A stretch of 64,000 bases of DNA, from assembly GCA_027451865.1 (NCBI GenBank), contig DAIDHW010000001.1, positions 81,798-145,797 of the forward strand. The letters run 5' to 3'. Shown one piece after another: positions 58,101 through 64,000 of this stretch (positions within the stretch are counted from its first letter, which is position 1; each line of letters opens with the position of its first letter). Both the position numbers and the translations under genes were made by a program. A model generated the notes under the pieces. It made no database searches, was not told the origin of the DNA, and was given only the letters and a program-made list of their open reading frames with translations. Source of the stretch: Leptolyngbyaceae cyanobacterium clean351 (GTDB lineage Bacteria; Cyanobacteriota; Cyanobacteriia; DAIDHW01).

Positions 58101-59796
58101 GCTCTGGCTGGGCCTCTAGGAGGTTACCACGTCCCCCCAGAGTCATCTCCAGAGACATGACTAATTTCTCCCGCAGGGGGTCGATGGGAGGGTTGGTAAC
58201 CTGGGCAAAGCGCTGTTTGAAGTAGTCGTAGAGCAACCGAGGTTTATGGGAAAGTACCGCTAAGGGAATATCGTCCCCCATGCAAAAGGTAGGCTCCTTA
58301 CCGGTGGCCGCCATCTCTCCAATCACCATGTCTATATCTTCAGCGGTGTAACCGAAGGCGGTTTGCTGTTGGAGTAGGTCTCCAGGGGAGACCTGAAGAC
58401 TCTCCCGGAAAGACTGAGGCTCTAGTTTGCGCACCCGTTCCCGCAGCCAATCTCCGTAGGGGGCCTGGGAGGCAATGTGTTGTTTTATTTGCCAGTTCTT
58501 GCGGACCTGGTGGCCCTCTAGGTCTACAGCGATCATTTGGCCGGGCCCGAGACGCCCCTTTTCTAGGATCTCCCCCGGAGCAAGCTCTACTACTCCTGCC
58601 TCAGAGGCCACCACCACTAGTCCATCTCGGGTAATCGTATAGCGGGCAGGTCTTAGGCCATTGCGGTCTAGGGCTGCTCCTACCACCCGGCCATCACTGA
58701 ACACCAGCAGAGCCGGCCCGTCCCAAGGTTCTTGAATCCCGCCGTAGTAGTCGTAGAAATCCACAATCTCAGGATACTCAGCCAAGTCCGGCTGATTGCG
58801 GTAGGCTTCCGGCACCGCAATCATGACTGCCTCTAGAGGGCTGCGGCCTGACTGCACCAGCAACTCCAAAAAGTTATCGAGGGTGGCCGAATCACTGTTA
58901 TCCGGGTCTACAATTGGCCGCAGTCCCTCCAGGTCTGCCTCTGTCCAGCAGGGGTGGGCTAGGTCCGCTTCCCTAGCCATCATCCAGTTCACATTCCCCA
59001 GTAGGGTATTGATTTCGCCATTATGTCCTAGCAGGCGCATGGGCTGGGCCAGAGGCCATTTGGGGAGGGTGTTGGTGCTGAAACGACGATGATAGACTAC
59101 AAAGGGGCTGTGGTAACGATGGTCCTGCAGGTCGATATAGAACTGCTCTAGCACCGAGGAGCGCACCATTCCCTTATAGACAATTGTCCGGTGAGACAGG
59201 GAGCATAAGTATAAATCCTCTAGGCCAGGGGCCTTCTGCGCAGCCTTCTCGATTTTCTTGCGGCCGAGGTATAGCAGCCGCTCCAATTTCTCTTCACTAA
59301 CGCTGGGGGACTCGACAAATACCTGCTCAATTTGGGGTTGATTTTCACGAGCCTGAGGACCAAGTACCTGAGGCTGCACTGGCACCACCCGCCAGCCCCG
59401 GATCACTAAACCTAGTCCCTGAAGAACTTGTTCAACCAAATCCCGGCCGGCAGCAGCATTAGTCTGGGGTAGAAAAACCATGCCCACCCCCAGAGTGCCC
59501 GGCTGATACCCGAGCAGGTCCCAAGGAATCTGGGTCATTACACCTGCCCCATCTCCCGAGTCCTGGTCAGCACTGCAACCCCCCCGGTGTTCCAGGCAGC
59601 CTAGGGCTTTTAGGGCCTGCTGCACGAGCTCGTGGGTACTGCGACCGTACTGGTCGGCGATCAAGCCCACCCCACAGGCATCCCTTTCCTCCACCAGCCA
59701 AGGTTGTCCCCTATACCCAGAGGCAGAATTATTGGTTAGAGTAGGCTGCGGGTAGTGGTGGTTCATAGGGGCAGGAAATTTCTTGTGAATATTCAT
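55168..59796 (-). CDS. gltB: Ferredoxin-dependent glutamate synthase (large subunit type)
   Basis: The 1542-aa product has an Ntn amidotransferase N-terminus '...[10 protein letters not shown]', an FMN/Fe-S central domain ('[13 protein letters not shown]') and a C-terminal GXGXG beta-helix. Confidence 0.95.
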   Translation of the reverse strand: MNIHKKFPAPMNHHYPQPTLTNNSASGYRGQPWLVEERDACGVGLIADQYGRSTHELVQQALKALGCLEHRGGCSADQDSGDGAGVMTQIPWDLLGYQPGTLGVGMVFLPQTNAAAGRDLVEQVLQGLGLVIRGWRVVPVQPQVLGPQARENQPQIEQVFVESPSVSEEKLERLLYLGRKKIEKAAQKAPGLEDLYLCSLSHRTIVYKGMVRSSVLEQFYIDLQDHRYHSPFVVYHRRFSTNTLPKWPLAQPMRLLGHNGEINTLLGNVNWMMAREADLAHPCWTEADLEGLRPIVDPDNSDSATLDNFLELLVQSGRSPLEAVMIAVPEAYRNQPDLAEYPEIVDFYDYYGGIQEPWDGPALLVFSDGRVVGAALDRNGLRPARYTITRDGLVVVASEAGVVELAPGEILEKGRLGPGQMIAVDLEGHQVRKNWQIKQHIASQAPYGDWLRERVRKLEPQSFRESLQVSPGDLLQQQTAFGYTAEDIDMVIGEMAATGKEPTFCMGDDIPLAVLSHKPRLLYDYFKQRFAQVTNPPIDPLREKLVMSLEMTLGGRGNLLEAQPEHARVLKISSPILKESELASLAEFSLATETLSTLFEVNHSLGAALDQLSTAAAKAVVSGSRVLILSDRQRPDGTSGSVSESFTYIPPLLAVGAVHHHLIRQGLRMRVSLVVDSAQVWSTHHLACLIAYGAGAVCPYLALETVRQWWHTPRVQSLMESGKIKPSSVVQVQANYCQALADGLLKILSKMGISLLSSYHGAQIFEAVGIGGSLLQVGFRGTASRLGGIDLEDLAREVEAFHHQAFPHMRTKKLENFGLVQYRPGSEYHMNNPEVIKALHKALATSEYDHYQVYKQLLENRPPTALRDLLDLQPDRPPLDLAEVEPVETIVRRFCTGGMSLGALSREAHETLAIAMNRLGGKSNSGEGGEDPDRYLPLGDVDATGHSHTFPHLKGLVNGDTASSAIKQVASGRFGVTPEYLINAQQVEIKIAQGAKPGEGGQLPGPKVSPYIAMLRRSKPGVTLISPPPHHDIYSIEDLAQLIFDLHHINPKAQVSVKLVAEVGIGTVAAGVAKANADVIQISGHDGGTGASPLSSIKHAGGPWELGLTEVHRVLLENQLRQRVILRVDGGLKTGWDVVMAALMGAEEFGFGSIAMIAEGCIMARVCHTNNCPVGVTTQREDLRLRFPGLPEQVVEFFHFVAMEVRSLLARLGYSSLEAIIGRGDLLRQRPGVHLNKPKALNLACLLELPDTRADRSWLSHEVVHGNGPVLEEQLIADPELEQALNNQGSFEIGPLPIVNTDRAVGARLAGLVARRYGNQGFTGSITLKFVGSAGQSFGAFNLPGMTLRLVGEANDYVGKGMHGGQIIISPAAGVTYDPAQNVIIGNTCLYGATGGYLFAQGIAGERFAVRNSMAQAVIEGAGDHCCEYMTGGVVVVLGPVGRNVAAGMTGGLGYFLDEDGRFVPRVNREIVQVQRVTTPAGEQQLKQLIQTHADLTGSPRAAQVLENWAEYLPRFWQVVPPSEAKSPEADPATDKVLIPAP

Positions 59797-59829
59797 TATC
59801 CATTATGGAACTACTCCCGAGGCTCCGAG

Positions 59830-61542
59830 ATGACAGGTAAGTCATTATTTATTGATAAGTGGTTGCGCCGGCTCGCCCTAGGGTTTTTGGGGTTCGTCTT
59901 GACCCTCGCTCCAGCTAGTGCCCTCACCCCTACCCAAGGGACGGAAATTCTGGTCAATGGCCAGGCTTGCCCGGCTCCCTGGGTACAGTGGTCCGATCCG
60001 ACTACAACTACCCTGCACACTGGCTTAGCTGACAGCGGCCTAGTGCGATGTCTGGGGTTTGAACTCCTCAGCACTCTGCAACCAGAACAACAACCCGTGG
60101 CCTGGTTTTCCCCAGCCCCCATCTCCCTGCCGGCGCAGCTAGGGACCACCTACCGGTTCCTCGACATCACAGCCTTTGCCACTAACGCCGACTGGCATTT
60201 GACTCCCCTGGGCAACCGCCTAGCCATAGACAGTCCACCCGCCCAGATTCGGGCAGTCCGTGCCGACCCTGAGGCTGGCCGCCTAGTCCTTGAGTTGGAC
60301 CGGCCCACACCGTGGTGGGCTGAGGAATTGGCCTCTGCCCTACAGGTTAGCTTTAAGGCCCAACCTGCTCCAGGCCTGACTATCCCACCTACCCTGAAGG
60401 TAGGACCTGAGGGCCTAGTACTCACTTTACCCATTGCCCCCAACCGACAGTCCCGGGTGTTCAGTCTGGCCAACCCTCCCCGGCTGGTGATGGACCTGGA
60501 TGCGCCTGCCCAGGAGCCCCGTCGGATCCTTTGGGCTCTCGGGCTAGAGGAGCAGCGTTTGACCCTGGGGCCGGAGCAGTTTGAGGTTAATCTACTCAAA
60601 ATTAACCCCCGCCAAGCTGGCTTAAAAGTACAGCCGATCTGGAGTAATCCAGCCACCTTAATAGGCATTGCTCCCCTAAGTACTATTGCTCAGACCTGGC
60701 AAGCGGCGGCGGCAATTAATGGGGGCTTTTTCAATCGCAAAGTCTATAGCCCCCTCGGAGCCCTCAAAGTAGACGGTCAATGGATCTCCAGTCCCATCCT
60801 TGACCGAGCAGTCCTTGCCTGGAACCACGAGGGGCAATATGTTACCAGCCGTCTGGCCTGGCAGGAAACTCTTACCATCGGGGGAGGAGAACGAATCCCC
60901 CTAGCGTCCCTCAATAGTGGCTATGTCCAGGGCGGCATTGCTCGCTACAGTAGTGCCTGGGGCAATTACTACCAGCCCCTAAGTGGCGGGGAAACCGCGG
61001 TGACAGTAGTCAACGCTCAGGTGCTTAGCCGAGCCCCGGTCCTAGGCCCAGTATCGATACCGGCTGACGGTTATCTGTTAGTCTTGCGCTCCTTGAGTCT
61101 GCCCAACCTCCAAGTAGGAACAACCGTCACCTTAGAGCAAACTACTGTCCCGCCAGAGCTAGATTCCTTCCCAGAGATAATCGGCGCTGGCCCCTTGCTA
61201 CTGCACGCCGGCTTGGATGTCTTGGACTGGGAGGCAGAAAAGTTTAGCCCGGCCTTGGCCAATGAGCTGACCTATCGTTCGGCTGCTGGCCTTGATCGAG
61301 CCGGAAATCTAGTTCTGGTGGCCATTGGCCACCGCTACCACGGCCCTGGTCCACGCCTAGTAGAGATGGTGCCTCTGCTGCAGCAGCTGGGGTTAGTAGA
61401 AGCTTTAAACCTGGATGGCGGTAGTTCCTCTACCCTAGACCTGGGAGGCGCAATTCTTAACCGGCCAGAGCGCAGCACCGCCCGAGTTCACAATGGTTTG
61501 GGGGTATTTCTGCGCCCCCTCCCCGGTGCCGGGGATTCCTGA
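59830..61542 (+). CDS. Phosphodiester glycosidase family protein (DUF2233), secreted
   Basis: It has a signal peptide 'LRRLALGFLGFVLTLAPASA' and a C-terminal 'NGGFFN...GLDRAGNLVLVAIGHRY...ALNLDGGSSSTL' region typical of the family. The start ATG 59830 has a GAGG SD, while the ORF track start (59755) would overlap gltB. Confidence 0.75.
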   Translation: MTGKSLFIDKWLRRLALGFLGFVLTLAPASALTPTQGTEILVNGQACPAPWVQWSDPTTTTLHTGLADSGLVRCLGFELLSTLQPEQQPVAWFSPAPISLPAQLGTTYRFLDITAFATNADWHLTPLGNRLAIDSPPAQIRAVRADPEAGRLVLELDRPTPWWAEELASALQVSFKAQPAPGLTIPPTLKVGPEGLVLTLPIAPNRQSRVFSLANPPRLVMDLDAPAQEPRRILWALGLEEQRLTLGPEQFEVNLLKINPRQAGLKVQPIWSNPATLIGIAPLSTIAQTWQAAAAINGGFFNRKVYSPLGALKVDGQWISSPILDRAVLAWNHEGQYVTSRLAWQETLTIGGGERIPLASLNSGYVQGGIARYSSAWGNYYQPLSGGETAVTVVNAQVLSRAPVLGPVSIPADGYLLVLRSLSLPNLQVGTTVTLEQTTVPPELDSFPEIIGAGPLLLHAGLDVLDWEAEKFSPALANELTYRSAAGLDRAGNLVLVAIGHRYHGPGPRLVEMVPLLQQLGLVEALNLDGGSSSTLDLGGAILNRPERSTARVHNGLGVFLRPLPGAGDS

Positions 61543-61617
61543 TTGACTCTGGTATTCTGATATAATTTGATCTGTCTGAATTACTCAGGATTCAGTTCCC
61601 CTTTGGCGAGGGGAGAA

Positions 61618-62040
61618 ATGATGGCGAGGAGATGTGTAGTCATGCTTTCATCTTCGGAATCCCCCTTCCCTCCGGCTGCTCTTGCCCAGGGCCTAGCTGC
61701 TACTGAGCTACGTCCTTGGGGATCCTTTACGGTCTTAGAGGAGGGGCCGGGCCACAAGATTAAACGCATTGAGGTGCGGCCGGGTCATCGCCTCAGTCTG
61801 CAGATGCACCACCACCGTAGCGAGCACTGGATTGTGGTGTCCGGTACAGCCCGGGTTGTTTGTGGAGATAAGGAAACCTTATTGACTAATAATCAGTCCA
61901 CCTATGTCCCCCCCTGCACGGTGCACCGCCTAGAAAACCCCGGGGTGATCCCCTTAATCTTGATCGAGGTTCAAAATGGTCAGTACCTAGGGGAGGATGA
62001 CATTATCCGGTTCCATGACGACTACGCTCGGACCGAATAA
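61618..62040 (+). CDS. Cupin-domain protein (mannose-6-phosphate isomerase type II C-terminal-like)
   Basis: The 'WGSFTVLEEGPGHKIKRIEVRPGHRLSLQMHHHRSEHWIVVSGTA' cupin motifs are present. The start was chosen at an ATG with a GGGAG SD. Confidence 0.7.
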   Translation: MMARRCVVMLSSSESPFPPAALAQGLAATELRPWGSFTVLEEGPGHKIKRIEVRPGHRLSLQMHHHRSEHWIVVSGTARVVCGDKETLLTNNQSTYVPPCTVHRLENPGVIPLILIEVQNGQYLGEDDIIRFHDDYARTE

Positions 62041-62367
62041 GTGATCTCCATTACCCCTAGGGCTCAAGCTGAGGTGTTGCGGTTATGCCGGGTCCACAAT
62101 CCCGCCCGGCTGAGATTAGGGTTAGTACCTGGCAGCTGTGCTCAGCTGACCTATACCATGGAGTTCGATATCCTTGGGGAGGGAGGAGATGCAGTCTACC
62201 ACCTGAGTGCCCTCGAGGTCTGGATAGCCCCCGACAGCCTGCAGCACCTATCCCAGTTGCACCTGGACTACACTGAGGATCTGATGGGGGGGAGCTTCCG
62301 GTTTCACAACCCCCAAGCAGTTCAGACTTGCGCCTGCGGTCACAGTTTCTCCGTGGCAACTGTTTGA
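62041..62367 (+). CDS. HesB/IscA-family Fe-S cluster insertion protein
   Basis: It has the C-terminal 'FRFHNPQAVQTCACGHSFSV' Cys motif and a GTG start immediately after the cupin stop. Confidence 0.75.
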   Translation: MISITPRAQAEVLRLCRVHNPARLRLGLVPGSCAQLTYTMEFDILGEGGDAVYHLSALEVWIAPDSLQHLSQLHLDYTEDLMGGSFRFHNPQAVQTCACGHSFSVATV

Positions 62368-62432
62368 CATGAAATTCCTCAGTTTGGTATACTCGAGGAC
62401 TGTTGAAAGTTGCGGTCTCCCCTACCTGTCCC

Positions 62433-62834
62433 ATGCCCACAATCCAGCAATTAATTCGTAGCGAACGCGAACAAGTGCGGCGGAAGACTAAGTCTCCGGC
62501 CCTCAAGAGCTGTCCCCAGCGTCGGGGGGTCTGCACACGGGTGTACACCACAACTCCCAAGAAGCCAAACTCGGCTTTGCGTAAGGTTGCCCGGGTCCGG
62601 CTAACCTCCGGCTTCGAGGTTACTGCCTACGTGCCTGGTATTGGTCACAACCTGCAGGAGCACTCCGTAGTGATGATTCGGGGCGGACGGGTCAAGGACC
62701 TGCCTGGGGTACGGTACCACATCATTCGCGGTACCCTTGACACGGCCGGAGTAAAGGACCGCAAGCAAGGCCGGTCGAAGTACGGGGCCAAACAGCCCAA
62801 ACAGCAGCAGCAAACCGCTACCAAGAAAAAGTAA
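62433..62834 (+). CDS. rpsL: 30S ribosomal protein S12
   Basis: The sequence runs '[52 protein letters not shown]...' and has a short Gln/Lys-rich C-terminal extension. Confidence 0.95.
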   Translation: MPTIQQLIRSEREQVRRKTKSPALKSCPQRRGVCTRVYTTTPKKPNSALRKVARVRLTSGFEVTAYVPGIGHNLQEHSVVMIRGGRVKDLPGVRYHIIRGTLDTAGVKDRKQGRSKYGAKQPKQQQQTATKKK

Positions 62835-62877
62835 CCTCCTCCTAAGTACCCTCCAAGCCAACTAAGCCACTCTACCT

Positions 62878-63348
62878 ATGTCCCGTCGTTCTGCCGTACC
62901 CAAGCGTCCCATTCCCCCCGACCCAGTCTACAATAACCAGTTGGTCACCATGATGGTGCGCCGGGTGATGCGATCGGGCAAGAAGTCTCTGGCCGCTCGG
63001 ATTGTTTACCAGTCTATGAATTTGATCGCCGAGCGGACGGGGGCCGATCCTCTGGAGGTATTTCAGCAGGCCATTCGCAATGCTACTCCCCTAGTAGAAG
63101 TGAAGGCTCGACGGGTTGGGGGGGCAACCTACCAAGTGCCCATGGAGGTACGGCCTGAGCGCGGTACCGCCTTAGCTCTGCGGTGGTTGATTCAGTACGC
63201 CCGCCAACGCTCTGGCAAGAGCATGGCCCTGCATCTGGCCAATGAGCTGATGGATGCTGCCAACGAAACTGGCAGTGCCATCCGCAAGCGGGAAGAAACC
63301 CATAAGATGGCTGAAGCTAATAAGGCCTTTGCCCATTACCGTTACTAA
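62878..63348 (+). CDS. rpsG: 30S ribosomal protein S7
   Basis: The sequence '[44 protein letters not shown]' matches S7, and the product is 156 aa. Confidence 0.95.
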   Translation: MSRRSAVPKRPIPPDPVYNNQLVTMMVRRVMRSGKKSLAARIVYQSMNLIAERTGADPLEVFQQAIRNATPLVEVKARRVGGATYQVPMEVRPERGTALALRWLIQYARQRSGKSMALHLANELMDAANETGSAIRKREETHKMAEANKAFAHYRY

Positions 63349-63427
63349 TCTGAGGCCTTCTGGTCTGCCTGTATCTGAAATTTGAAACTTATCCCGAGCA
63401 TCTGCGGCAAAGTCTAAGGAGGTAGCT

Positions 63428-64000
63428 GTGGTCCGTACCATCCCGCTGGAACGTGTCCGAAATATTGGTATCGCTGCTCACATCGATGCCGGCAAGACCA
63501 CTACTACTGAGAGAATTCTCTTTTACTCTGGGGTGGTGCACAAGATTGGTGAGGTTCACGAGGGAACTACCGTCACTGACTGGATGGAGCAGGAGCGGGA
63601 ACGCGGGATTACCATCACTGCTGCCGCCATCAGCACTGCCTGGACTCGCCGCGACCCCCAAAATCCTACCCAGCCCAAGCCTGGGGAGCCTGAGCATCGC
63701 ATCAACATCATTGACACCCCAGGCCACGTGGACTTCACCATCGAAGTGGAGCGGTCTATGCGAGTCCTCGATGGGGTGATCGCTGTTTTCTGCTCGGTAG
63801 GTGGGGTCCAACCCCAGTCAGAGACTGTATGGCGGCAGGCAGACCGCTACCAGGTGCCTCGCCTTGCTTTCATCAATAAAATGGACCGGACTGGGGCCAA
63901 CTTTTATCGGGTTTACAACCAACTGCGGGAACGGCTGCGGGCTAACGCGGTCCCGATTCAGATCCCAGTTGGCAGTGAAGATAACCTGCGCGGCTTGGTG
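63428..64000 (+). CDS. fusA: Elongation factor G, 5' partial; the gene continues beyond the window
   Basis: A GTG start is preceded by AGGAGG, and the G1 motif '[19 protein letters not shown]' and '[15 protein letters not shown]' are present. It contains a 17-aa Pro-rich insertion after 'TAW'. Confidence 0.9.
   Translation, partial: MVRTIPLERVRNIGIAAHIDAGKTTTTERILFYSGVVHKIGEVHEGTTVTDWMEQERERGITITAAAISTAWTRRDPQNPTQPKPGEPEHRINIIDTPGHVDFTIEVERSMRVLDGVIAVFCSVGGVQPQSETVWRQADRYQVPRLAFINKMDRTGANFYRVYNQLRERLRANAVPIQIPVGSEDNLRGLV

Noticed and set aside
62764-62834. C-terminal Gln/Lys-rich extension of S12 ('...[16 protein letters not shown]')
   Set aside because: Short basic tails on S12 vary among cyanobacteria, so this is probably a lineage polymorphism rather than a functional novelty.
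1-64000. CRISPR arrays, IS elements or transposases, integrases, or phage genes
   Set aside because: No regularly spaced repeats, terminal inverted repeats or recombinase or transposase-like ORFs were seen. The only tRNA (Leu) has no adjacent integrase.

Overview
This is a GC-rich (about 58-60%), gene-dense chromosomal window from a cyanobacterium. apcD, rpoZ, sds, ubiA, Fd-GOGAT, photolyase and a ComFB-like gene are present, and HIP1 (GCGATCGC) occurs only once. About 60 genes can be called. The set includes the FtsH C-terminus, an M32 carboxypeptidase, a co-directional transporter string (YeiH-like, TauE/SafE, DUF1634, a CaCA Ca2+/H+ exchanger and a pentapeptide-repeat membrane protein), proB and a PRK-like kinase. 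Further along is a minus-strand string of MFP-RND efflux, ArsR, a Tam-like methyltransferase, rpoZ and a SufU-like protein. Also present are ribE, sds, RNase R, ubiX, a stand-alone Hpt protein, cobH, photolyase, ubiA and a FetB-like permease, an SBP lipoprotein, and a CDF transporter. The window continues with ureE, tpiA, an AspAT, smpB, apcD, folB-leuC, galE, tRNA-Leu(UAA), a transaldolase/FSA-type enzyme, a DHA2 MFS transporter, a GDT1/UPF0016 transporter, a PMT-type glycosyltransferase, a desaturase-like protein, gltB, a phosphodiester glycosidase, a cupin with an IscA-like protein, and rpsL-rpsG-fusA. The standout is a 1007-aa ORF (36321..39344, minus strand) with no recognisable function. 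It is translationally coupled by an ATGA overlap to an intact CDF metal transporter. Its C-terminus carries, by eye, a string of motifs collinear with the Argonaute PIWI domain (an R-R-E-G site in place of RDG, then an 'IPIYSFATLHVAEESGRP...YSWVDDQQL' block resembling Ago '[29 protein letters not shown]'). It is therefore a candidate divergent prokaryotic PIWI-family (pPIWI-RE-like?) protein in a non-canonical gene context. Other notable items are a probable yybP-ykoY-type Mn2+ riboswitch in the leader of the UPF0016 gene, a roughly 740-bp low-GC non-coding island with frameshifted ORF remnants and a tandem 22-bp duplication, paired 39-bp direct repeats in the apcD/folB divergent promoter region, and a Pro-rich insertion in EF-G.
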